Assembly: GCA_031372065.1 (NCBI GenBank)
Contig: JANMKN010000120.1
Span: 1 to 22,062, forward strand
DNA length: 22,062 nt
Direction of reading: 5' to 3'
Origin: Abditibacteriaceae bacterium
Lineage (GTDB): Bacteria; Armatimonadota; Abditibacteriia; Abditibacteriales; Abditibacteriaceae
Numbering within the stretch: position 1 is the first letter of the stretch; each line of letters begins with the position of its first letter. Under the pieces are notes generated by a model that saw nothing but the letters and a program-made list of their open reading frames with translations, was not told where the DNA came from and searched no databases. The translations under genes and the position numbers were made by a program. Shown one piece after another: positions 8,853-18,283 of this stretch.

Positions 8853-9764
8853 TTAATCCAGCGATTTTAAGATGTTTTTATCGAGTTCGCCTTCAAAAAC
8901 CGTGGTGGCCGGGCCGGTCATGTAAACGTGATTATTGGTGGCCCATTCGATGTCTAAATCGCCGCCGGGCAAGTGCGCTGTGGCGCGCCGCGTGGCGCCG
9001 CTGATTTTGTTGTTAAGCGCTGCCGCCACGACGCTGGCACAGGCGCCGGTGCCGCAGGCCAAAGTATCGCCCGCGCCGCGTTCCCAGTGCCGCACCCAAA
9101 TTTTCTGCGGCGCCAAAACCTGCACGAAATGCACATTGGTGCGTTCGGGAAAGGCTTCGTGATGCTCGATTTGCAAGCCGATTTCTTTTAAAGGCACGTT
9201 TTCGACATCGTCCACGAAAATCACAACGTGCGGATTGCCCATCGAAACCGCTGTGATGCGAAAAATTTCGCCGTCCACATCTAACGCTTCGTTGACTACT
9301 TGACCATCGGCGTGTCCGTTGGTTTTCTCGCCCGGCACCATCGGAATTTGCGAACGCTGCAAGCGCGGCATTCCCATATCCACGCGCACTTTGAGCGGGT
9401 TGGAGCCGGGATGTGCGTCTTGCAATTCGATAAGTTGCAAGCCTTTGGAAGTCGCCACGGAAATTTCGCCTGTGGCGGCGCCGATGTCGAACAAATACTT
9501 GCCGAAACAGCGAATGCCATTGCCGCACATTTCCGATTCGCTGCCATCGGGATTGAACATCCGCATCCGATAATTGGCGTCGTCGTCGGGCAAAATAAAG
9601 ATCATGCCATCGCCGCCGACACCGAAATGCCGGTCGCAAACGGCCTCACTGAGCGCCGGTAATTTTTCTTCGGGCGGCAATGGTGTTTCCAAGCAATCCA
9701 CCATGATAAAGTCGTTGCCGAGGCCCTGCATTTTGACGAATTTGATAGTCGAAGACGAAGTCAT
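8853..9764 (-). CDS. dapF: Diaminopimelate epimerase
   Basis: KMQGLGNDF, DRHFGVGGDG, NPDGSESEMCGNGIRC, SMGNPH and WERGAGDTLACGTGACA, with both catalytic Cys present. Confidence 0.97.
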   Translation of the reverse strand: MTSSSTIKFVKMQGLGNDFIMVDCLETPLPPEEKLPALSEAVCDRHFGVGGDGMIFILPDDDANYRMRMFNPDGSESEMCGNGIRCFGKYLFDIGAATGEISVATSKGLQLIELQDAHPGSNPLKVRVDMGMPRLQRSQIPMVPGEKTNGHADGQVVNEALDVDGEIFRITAVSMGNPHVVIFVDDVENVPLKEIGLQIEHHEAFPERTNVHFVQVLAPQKIWVRHWERGAGDTLACGTGACASVVAAALNNKISGATRRATAHLPGGDLDIEWATNNHVYMTGPATTVFEGELDKNILKSLD

Positions 9765-9850
9765 ATGAAAAAAGCGATCTCCCGATGAGAAAGTTGTGGT
9801 GAAAATCCGTTTTTGATGTTACCACGACAGAGAGGCCCGGTGCGCGCCTT

Positions 9851-11295
<1,445 letters not shown>

Positions 11296-11310
11296 ACCGA
11301 CTCGGTAAAA

Positions 11311-11343
11311 GAAAACGCCTCGCTATAAAAGCGAGGCGTTTTC
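11311..11343. terminator. Rho-independent terminator after thiC (possibly bidirectional)
   Basis: Perfect 14-bp stem gaaaacgcctcgct / agcgaggcgttttc with a 5-nt loop and A/T tracts on both sides. Confidence 0.85.
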
Positions 11344-11442
11344 GTTTGCAAATTCGCTATAACGTGCTGTCTTTTTGGTGGTTGTAGGTGCTCTATTTGG
11401 CCCTCACCCCACCTGCCCAGAGGGCCAAATCCAAAGCGGCTC

Positions 11443-11497
11443 TTGACTTCTTGCGACTTTGATTTATAATGATTTCCAATCTGAGTTATGTAAGGAG
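11443..11497 (+). promoter_or_regulatory. Near-consensus sigma70 promoter and RBS for the 11503 gene
   Basis: TTGACT (11443-11448)-N16-TATAAT (11465-11470); TAAGGAG at 11491-11497. Confidence 0.75.
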
Positions 11498-11502
11498 TTG
11501 CT

Positions 11503-12231
11503 ATGTCTGATTTAAGGACGATTGAGGCGATTAAAGACGCCAAGTTGATACTCTCCGTAGATGATTTGCGCTTAACAACCGACCCCTTCAAATTGTCTGC
11601 GCCTTTGCGCACTTTGCTCGCAGACCGCTTGCAGGAAGCGCAAGATGCCAGCAGTGGGGTTTCGCTCAGTGAAGGCGGACGCACCGAAGGCTCCGGCGAT
11701 TTGCGCGCGGCGCTCAATGCTTTGGAAGTGCTGGTGCGCGATGGTTACAAATTCATCGCGGCCATTGCCTCCTACGAAATCACGCCGCCGCAACGCGCCG
11801 CGCTTTTCGAAAAATACGGCTGGGAACAAGGCGAACTCGGCGATTTTCCCGATGATCGCATCACTGACCTCGCCGCAAAAGCCGCTTTAGCCACGCCGCA
11901 AATCAGCGAAACCCGATTTCGCTATCCAGCAGAGTTGCTGCTTCGCCTTAAAGACGGCCTGAAACTGGTGGATGATTTGAAGCCTTCGGCCAGCACCGGA
12001 GACCGCGAAGGCGCCGTAGATGAGCGCAACGATGACCGCACTTTGTTGGAAAAAGCTGTCGCCCGCGCCCGTTTTTTCTATTGTCAGGCCAGCGACGCCA
12101 CCGACCAAACGCCCGAACTTTCGAAAATCGGAATGCAACCGCGCCGCGACAGAGGCACCGTGCAGCACGCCAATTCGCAATCCGCTAACAGCGCCGTCGG
12201 CAACCCGTCCGAGGGCACAAATCCCGTCTGA
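11503..12231 (+). CDS. Uncharacterised, probably alpha-helical protein with an internal two-fold repeat
   Basis: 242-aa ORF with strong promoter and RBS. Residues 29-84 align with 139-192 (about 15 identities, one 2-aa gap). No family recognised. Confidence 0.85.
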   Translation: MSDLRTIEAIKDAKLILSVDDLRLTTDPFKLSAPLRTLLADRLQEAQDASSGVSLSEGGRTEGSGDLRAALNALEVLVRDGYKFIAAIASYEITPPQRAALFEKYGWEQGELGDFPDDRITDLAAKAALATPQISETRFRYPAELLLRLKDGLKLVDDLKPSASTGDREGAVDERNDDRTLLEKAVARARFFYCQASDATDQTPELSKIGMQPRRDRGTVQHANSQSANSAVGNPSEGTNPV

Positions 12232-12502
12232 CCGCCCTGTTTTTGGGTTCAAATAGCTATGGAAATCGCAAACACGCGGGGTTTTGCGATTTCTATAGCT
12301 ATCCGAACCCAAACACGCAGGGTTTTGCGGTTTTTATAGCTATCGAAACGCCAAACACGCAAGGTTTTACGATTGCTATAGGCATCGAAACGTCAAACTG
12401 CCAGCGGTTTGCGGTTCCCAGAGCATCGCAAAGGTGAAAGCCGCAGGATTTTGGCCGCCGATAGCTATAAAAACGCTAAAAACGCCCGTTTTTGACGTTT
12501 TA
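12232..12502. repeat. Non-coding tandem array, ~42-bp period, ~6 units, two alternating conserved boxes with dyad symmetry
   Basis: ATAGCTAT-type boxes start at 12253, 12295, 12336, 12378 (ATAGGCAT), 12420 (degenerate) and 12461, with spacings 42, 41, 42, 42, 41. They alternate with AAACACGCRRGGTTTT-type boxes. Confidence 0.9.
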
Positions 12503-12531
12503 AACCCAAGTTGACGGCCAAAAGTAGAAAA

Positions 12532-12729
12532 ATGGACGAAGAACTCAAACGCGAAATTTGGCTTTTTATGGACGAACACCGCGCGCGGGCGCTGTGGTGG
12601 ATGCGTTCCGATTATTACCCGCAAAACGCCGAGCAAGCGCGCGACGTTTTACGAAGCATCGCGCGTCGTTGCACGCGTGCCGATTGGATTAAAACTCGCC
12701 AATTGATGCAGCGCCTCGCCTCACAATAA
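12532..12729 (+). CDS. Small protein, putative antitoxin partner of the downstream nucleotidyltransferase
   Basis: 65-aa ORF from ATG 12532 (MDEELK...ALWWMRSDYYP...); its stop overlaps the next start (TAATG). Confidence 0.65.
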   Translation: MDEELKREIWLFMDEHRARALWWMRSDYYPQNAEQARDVLRSIARRCTRADWIKTRQLMQRLASQ

Positions 12730-13550
12730 TGGGCCTTTCTCCGTTTCAAATCGAAGTTTGCCGCTTGCTGGGCGAAGCGCGGCGCACGCGCGGCGAAAGC
12801 TACGTCGCTGGAGGCGCGGTGCTCAACGTGCTGCTGGAAGCGCCGCGCCTTTCAAAGGACGTGGACTTGTTTCACGACAGCGAACAAGCCCTGCGCGCCA
12901 CATGGCTGCGTGACAGCGAACTCTTGCAGCAGAACAGTTACATTTTGCAACTCGTCGTCGAGCGCCCTTCGTTTGTGGAGATGGTAGTGGCGCGCGGCGA
13001 ACAAAGCACCAGTTTGCAATGGGTTCAAGACAGCGCGTGGCGCTTTTTCCCGCTCCTGGAACATCCGCTTTTGGGCCTCACGCTGCATCCCTTCGACGTG
13101 GCGACCAACAAAATACTCGCACTGGTTGGCCGCATTGAGCCGCGCGATTGGATTGACACTCTCACCTGCCACGAAAAGCTGCAACCGTTTGGGCTACTCA
13201 CTTGGGCCTCGTGCGGCAAAGACGAAGGCTGGACGCCTGATATGATTTTCGAACACGCGGCCCGCTCGGTGCGTTTTTCGCCGGACAAACTGGCGCAACT
13301 TGCCTTCGATGGCACGCCACCGAATCCTATCGAACTCGGCCAAAAATGGCGCGCGATGTTAGCGCAGGCGCACGAAATCTTGGAAATCCTGCCGCCCGAA
13401 GAAGTCGGCAAGTGCGTGATGAACGCCGATGGGACACTGTGCAATCTCGGCCCGCACGAACTGCAAACGGCGCTGCAAAACGGCGTGCTACGCTTTCACG
13501 AAGGCCATATCTGCGGTGCTTGGCCGCAAATTGTGCAAGGCAAACCTTAG
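12729..13550 (+). CDS. AbiEii/AbiGii-family nucleotidyltransferase (type IV TA toxin-like)
   Basis: YVAGGAVL...RLSKDVDLF (GG, RxSxDxD) and NKILALVGR...RDWID (KxxA..R, RDxxD) motifs. Confidence 0.85.
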   Translation: MGLSPFQIEVCRLLGEARRTRGESYVAGGAVLNVLLEAPRLSKDVDLFHDSEQALRATWLRDSELLQQNSYILQLVVERPSFVEMVVARGEQSTSLQWVQDSAWRFFPLLEHPLLGLTLHPFDVATNKILALVGRIEPRDWIDTLTCHEKLQPFGLLTWASCGKDEGWTPDMIFEHAARSVRFSPDKLAQLAFDGTPPNPIELGQKWRAMLAQAHEILEILPPEEVGKCVMNADGTLCNLGPHELQTALQNGVLRFHEGHICGAWPQIVQGKP

Positions 13551-13555
13551 AATCA

Positions 13556-13699
13556 GTTTGAGAATAGCCGCTAATCTTCGATTCGCGAACTTCGTTTCGC
13601 TCTGCCCAGAGGGCACCCGACGACGCCATTTTTCAGTTAAATGGCGTCGTTTTGGCGTTTGTTTTTGCGCCGCCGCAGCGGTAGCGGCTATTCTCAGAC
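13556..13699. mobile_element. MITE-like element with terminal inverted repeats
   Basis: gtttgagaatagccgcta (13556-13573) versus the reverse complement of 13682-13699, gtctgagaatagccgcta (17/18, 15 contiguous). Non-coding, fills the gap between convergent genes. Confidence 0.6.
13620..13653 (+). terminator. Terminator-like hairpin inside the MITE-like element
   Basis: Perfect 12-bp stem acgacgccattt / aaatggcgtcgt with a 7-nt loop, followed by T-rich sequence. Confidence 0.6.
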
Positions 13700-13703
13700 C
13701 TTC

Positions 13704-15908
13704 TTATGGTTTCCAGCGATACATGAGGATTTTGGCTTTGTAATCGTCTTCGAGAAAGACGATGTATTCGCCGTCTTTGCGTTGATGGGCGCGCAGGCAT
13801 TCGCGGATGTCCTGCAAACCGATTTCGCCGATGTCGGCACTCGGTTCCATCCAGCCGACGTTTTGGCCGTCCGAGGCGCGAAAAACTTCGATGTGGCCGG
13901 TTTTGTAGCCGATTTGCTTGCCCGCGCCCGTATAAGGCACGAAAACGTAGTCGCCCGCCACATCAAAGCCCATTGGCTCGCACGATTCGTGGCCGCTGGA
14001 GCCTTTTTGATACGGCGCCACGATCTGCCAGCGCAGTTTTTTCTCGCCCTTTAGCCAGCCATTATAACGCGCCATGACCGGCCCCATTGGTTTCCAGTGT
14101 TGGTTTTTATCGGCGCCTTTAGTGCCGCCCAAATAAAGCGTGTCGGTTTTCACATCGTAGCGCACGCGCTTGACTTCCGAAAACTCTTTGGCGTGTGGCC
14201 ACGTTTGCATTGTGGCATAGGTCCAATGTGGCAACCCATTTTTTACCTCGCACGGAAAGTAGCGCAGGCCTGATTTTTCGGTTGCTAACCAGACGCCGCC
14301 GTTTCTGTCCACCCACCAGCCTTGCGCGGATGGCGCGTCGGTTTCGCGCGAGTCGTATTCATCTCCTTGGAAAGCTCCGGCTCCATAGATATCGCGCCAA
14401 ATCCATTCACCTTTGGCCGGCTGACCTGGCGGCCAGTTATCGTCGTTTTTCAAGTGGCGCTTTGCAAAAAGTGCTTGGAACACGGCAAGTTCTCCATCGA
14501 AGCGATAGGCTTGTAAATGCTCGGCGTTCATGTCGTTGACAAAGAGGATTCGTTTCCCACCAATGCGGCGCACCCAGGCGCCTGCCGACGAGATGTGCTG
14601 GCGCGGGTCATGGGCGTTTTTATACGGGCTAAAGGTGTAAGCCTCATATTTCCAGGCCGCCGCGCCGCGCTTTGAGTAGTCGTAAGAAAAGCGCTCTTCT
14701 TTGGTGAAAATCTGCGTATCGTCGGCGGGGTCAACATCAGCCATGTCCACGAAATTGAGGCCAAATAGCCGCCATCGCAATTTGTTTTGAGAATTGTAGC
14801 TTTCGAGGACGGTGCTGCCGCCTCCTGTTGAGCCGCGATGTGCGACGTAAAAATTGCCCCTTGCGTCAGAAGCAACGGCGGATAGATTGTTGAAGCGCAG
14901 GTCACCAAACTTGCCGTCAGGTGAAGAGAAAATTCCAAAACTCTCCCCTATAATTGAGTTCCGTCCGCTTTCGGTATTGAGGCGAAAAATACGCTGCTCT
15001 ACTCCTTCATCTGGGATCAAGAACGTGCCGGGGGGAAAAGCAGCCAGACTTTGTATATTAATCTCGAAGCCGCCGAACCGGCCTTCCTGCATTGTCCCAT
15101 CGCGATCAAACTTCACCAAGGATTTTTGAACGATAGTTCTACTTTGGGGAAGAATAGCGCCATTGTCATCAGTGAACACAGCACCATTTAAAAGAGCCTC
15201 CTCCGAAGCTTCATGTAACATCCATAACGTGCCGTCTGAATCTAATCGCAGCCAACCAGGATTTTTCACATTTGTTTTTCTAATGAGCGCCATGGTTTCG
15301 GCGTCGTAGATTTTGATGGTGTTGTCCGCCGGACATGAAACATAAAGGCGTTTTCCATCGGCGGCGATGCCAGGCAGGTCTTGCACTTTATCGTTGTCAT
15401 CCACTTCGGCGACGATTAAAAACGCGCCTTTCAAGGTGCCGCCCGCGCCGCCCTTGGCTCCTGCAAAGGGCGCGGCCTTGCGAATATCATCCAAGGGGCG
15501 GCGCGAAATGCCGAGCCATTGCTTGCCTTTGGGCGGCCAAGTGGAAAGATCATTCAAGCCGCCGCCTTCGTTTTGCATACGGCAACCGATGAAAAGATAT
15601 TTGCTGTTGCACGCGATGGCTTTGCCGCCGGTTGCGCCCCAACCGTGCGTGTGTCCGGCGTTGCCGAGAACTTTGCCGTCTTTGAATTCCGTGACGTTGC
15701 CGCCTGCTTCTTCCCAGAAGGTATTGGAAAAAACGCGGCCATCGGGCGTGGCGCACAGCGCATCAATATCCTGCGGGACGTGCTTGCCATCGCCGCCGGG
15801 ATACGAATTGCCAATCCACGTTACATTCGCGGGCAATTTATCGGCGGATTTGACCGCAGAAACCCCGCAGAACGCGCAGGCGAAGAGCAGAAAAAAGAAT
15901 CGTTTCAT
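13704..15908 (-). CDS. Secreted beta-propeller-like (NHL/SMP-30-like) hypothetical protein
   Basis: Signal peptide MKRFFFLLFACAFCGVSAVKSA; blade-like motifs ALCATPDGRVF, GIAADGKRLYVS, LRLDSDGTLW and AVASDARGNFYVA. Confidence 0.7.
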   Translation of the reverse strand: MKRFFFLLFACAFCGVSAVKSADKLPANVTWIGNSYPGGDGKHVPQDIDALCATPDGRVFSNTFWEEAGGNVTEFKDGKVLGNAGHTHGWGATGGKAIACNSKYLFIGCRMQNEGGGLNDLSTWPPKGKQWLGISRRPLDDIRKAAPFAGAKGGAGGTLKGAFLIVAEVDDNDKVQDLPGIAADGKRLYVSCPADNTIKIYDAETMALIRKTNVKNPGWLRLDSDGTLWMLHEASEEALLNGAVFTDDNGAILPQSRTIVQKSLVKFDRDGTMQEGRFGGFEINIQSLAAFPPGTFLIPDEGVEQRIFRLNTESGRNSIIGESFGIFSSPDGKFGDLRFNNLSAVASDARGNFYVAHRGSTGGGSTVLESYNSQNKLRWRLFGLNFVDMADVDPADDTQIFTKEERFSYDYSKRGAAAWKYEAYTFSPYKNAHDPRQHISSAGAWVRRIGGKRILFVNDMNAEHLQAYRFDGELAVFQALFAKRHLKNDDNWPPGQPAKGEWIWRDIYGAGAFQGDEYDSRETDAPSAQGWWVDRNGGVWLATEKSGLRYFPCEVKNGLPHWTYATMQTWPHAKEFSEVKRVRYDVKTDTLYLGGTKGADKNQHWKPMGPVMARYNGWLKGEKKLRWQIVAPYQKGSSGHESCEPMGFDVAGDYVFVPYTGAGKQIGYKTGHIEVFRASDGQNVGWMEPSADIGEIGLQDIRECLRAHQRKDGEYIVFLEDDYKAKILMYRWKP

Positions 15909-15951
15909 AGCTTTGTTTTCGATGAATCCACCAATTTGACTTTTTGCTCCC

Positions 15952-15980
15952 TTGCATTGGCATTGGGAGCGCGTTACAAT
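15952..15980 (+). promoter_or_regulatory. Putative sigma70 promoter of the TPR/beta-barrel operon
   Basis: TTGCAT-N17-TACAAT, overlapped by a short inverted repeat gctccc (15946-15951) / gggagc (15965-15970). Confidence 0.5.
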
Positions 15981-16087
15981 GCGATTTGTTGCCTCTTATT
16001 TGAATTGTCTCGCTGGCAGATGACCTTCATGGAATCTGCACCAGCGCCGTTGTTATCAGTCGCATTCTTTATTTTGGGGAGGCGTTT

Positions 16088-17713
16088 ATGACCGCTCCAT
16101 CGCAACGAAACCGTTTCAAACGAAGCCGTTGCCGCTGCCGCAAAAATTTGCAGGACACCCAAGGCCAATTCCAAGCACATTGGAGTTTAATTGTTGTCCT
16201 GCTCTGCTGGAACCTTCTCCCTTTTAGCACGCCGCTAAGAGCCGCCGAATCCCCACCGTGGCTTCAGGAAGGATACGCCCACTTGCAATCCGGGCGTTAT
16301 GCGGAAGCGGCCCAACGCTTTCAGGCAGCGTCGCAAGCCAATCCTCAAGATTACACCGCTGCCTTTTTCAGCGGCGTGAGCCTTAACCGTCTGGGCCAGC
16401 ACGAAGCCGCTTTGCGCTATTTATCGCAGATTATCCCCAGCGAGACCACGCCGGTAGAATTGGACTTTGAGCGCGGTTGGGCCTTATTGGGCACCAAACA
16501 ATGGAAGGAAGCCATTGCCGCGCTCGAACGCTACGAAAAAGCGACGCCCGGACGCGGCCAGACCAGCGAATTTATAGGGCGCGCTTATTTTGGCTTGGAG
16601 CAATGGGATCAAGCGGAAACGCTACTCAAGCAAGCCGTTGAGCGCGACAACCGTTTACAAGCCTCCGCCACTTATTATTTGGCGCAAATCGCCGCCAGAC
16701 GTGGCGAACCCCAACAAGCCAGCGCCTTATGGACAGCGTTGTTAAACGATTTTCCCAACTCGCCGTTAAGTCGCGCGGCGCGTGGCAGCGGCCTCAAAAC
16801 CGACGGCTTGGATGATATAACGGGCCTGCTTTCAGCGCCGGATGCCTCGCAAAAACCTTATGAATTTTCCATACGGGCCGGCGGCGGCTACAACAGCAAC
16901 GTTATCGCGCTCGGCGATGGCATTCCTTTGCCGGTAGATATTTCGCGTCGCAGTTCGCCGCTGTTGAATTTTGGTCTCAGCGCGGCTTACAAAAAAGCGC
17001 CGCCCGCAGGTAGCCGCTCAACTTGGCGCTTGGGATATGATTTCGCCGCCGATATTTATCCATCGGTGCAAAGCGCGAATTTGCAAACGCACTTTCTTAG
17101 CTTCGATTACGGCACGCCGATAGGCAAAAAATGGTCAGGCGGTTTGCGACTGGCCGATCAATTTTCGTTCATTGGCGGCAGTCGTTTTTCCAATCAGCTT
17201 TTGCTGCGTCCCGCCCTTGCTTATCGCCACAGCGACAAGGCCGCCACCGAGTTGGCTTATTCTTTGACCAACGCGAAATATTATTTTGCCACCGCAGCGG
17301 TGCAAGACCGCGATGGAACGAATCATGTGCTGGGCCTGACGCATTTCTGGCGACAAAAACGCTGGCAACTCAACGCCGGAGTGTTTCATGCCATAAACGG
17401 GGCTGATGGAGCCGATTTCGATTTCGATGCCAATGGTTTGGTGCTGGGTGCTTCGCATCCTTTGGGCAAGCGCAGCATGGCAAATTTTGTTTTCAGCCAC
17501 ACTCGCGAACGCTATGACAATCCCAACAGCGCTAACGGTTTCACGGCTCCGCGCCGCGATAATCGCAGCGCTTTGGCACTGCAACTCACGCATTCGTTAA
17601 GCGACTCAACCAGTTTTTACGCACAATACAGCTTTAACAAGGCCAGTTCCAACATCGCCGTCTTCGATTACAAGCAGCACGTTATCAGCGGCGGTCTCAA
17701 TTATCGGTTTTGA
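16088..17713 (+). CDS. TPR-domain outer-membrane beta-barrel protein (Slam/DUF560-like)
   Basis: Signal-like segment ending PLRA; several TPR units (G...L..G.Y.EA...F..A....P); C-terminal ~290 aa of amphipathic strands starting GGGYNSNV and ending in the BAM-type LNYRF. Confidence 0.75.
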   Translation: MTAPSQRNRFKRSRCRCRKNLQDTQGQFQAHWSLIVVLLCWNLLPFSTPLRAAESPPWLQEGYAHLQSGRYAEAAQRFQAASQANPQDYTAAFFSGVSLNRLGQHEAALRYLSQIIPSETTPVELDFERGWALLGTKQWKEAIAALERYEKATPGRGQTSEFIGRAYFGLEQWDQAETLLKQAVERDNRLQASATYYLAQIAARRGEPQQASALWTALLNDFPNSPLSRAARGSGLKTDGLDDITGLLSAPDASQKPYEFSIRAGGGYNSNVIALGDGIPLPVDISRRSSPLLNFGLSAAYKKAPPAGSRSTWRLGYDFAADIYPSVQSANLQTHFLSFDYGTPIGKKWSGGLRLADQFSFIGGSRFSNQLLLRPALAYRHSDKAATELAYSLTNAKYYFATAAVQDRDGTNHVLGLTHFWRQKRWQLNAGVFHAINGADGADFDFDANGLVLGASHPLGKRSMANFVFSHTRERYDNPNSANGFTAPRRDNRSALALQLTHSLSDSTSFYAQYSFNKASSNIAVFDYKQHVISGGLNYRF

Positions 17714-17743
17714 ACTTCAGCAGCGTTTCAAGGAGGACACATT

Positions 17744-18259
17744 ATGCAACGCAACGATTCGATGAAAAGGACAAAAGTGGGCTTGACAGCGAGCCTTTTG
17801 CTGCTCGGCGGGGCATTTTTTGCCATGCCTGCACAGGCGCAAACCGAGTCGTATCGCATCACAGATGGGCCGGGGCAAGGCACGGTTCTCAACGCGACCA
17901 ACGGGCAAATTTTGCCCGGCAACAATGCCGGAACCAGTGCCGCTGGCGAAATTGAAAACCACGGCGGCAATTGCGATGGGCCGCATTATCATGGCGTGTT
18001 GCGCGGCCAGAATGATCCGAATCCTTTCTCGTGCGGCTGGGGCCATGTTGCGCTTTTGGTGCTGCCCAACGGCGTAACTACCATGCAGCATTTGGCGCAA
18101 ACGGCACAACCCACCATTTCGCGCGGCCCGACGTTGCGCTCGCCCGTGTTTATCGCTCAGGCCTTGCAACAATCGGATGCCACCAATGCCTCACTGCCCG
18201 CTTTGACGTTTGCCAATCCGGTGTTTCAAAACCTTGACCTCACGCAAAAACCGCGCTAA
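17744..18259 (+). CDS. Small secreted His/Cys-containing hypothetical protein
   Basis: AAGGAGG RBS; signal peptide ending PAQA; NHGGNCDGPHYHG and CGWGH motifs. Confidence 0.75.
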   Translation: MQRNDSMKRTKVGLTASLLLLGGAFFAMPAQAQTESYRITDGPGQGTVLNATNGQILPGNNAGTSAAGEIENHGGNCDGPHYHGVLRGQNDPNPFSCGWGHVALLVLPNGVTTMQHLAQTAQPTISRGPTLRSPVFIAQALQQSDATNASLPALTFANPVFQNLDLTQKPR

Positions 18260-18283
18260 AGCAAAACGCCAAGGAGGTGCGCC

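Noticed and set aside
11887..12437. ORFs 12243..12437 (+) and 11887..12312 (-) with similar N-termini (MGSNSY.../MGSDSY...)
   Set aside because: The similarity is a by-product of the palindromic array; they have TTG starts and no RBS.
12232..12502. CRISPR array
   Set aside because: Variable parts are only 8-9 nt and mutually complementary, there are no long unique spacers, and no cas genes are in the window.
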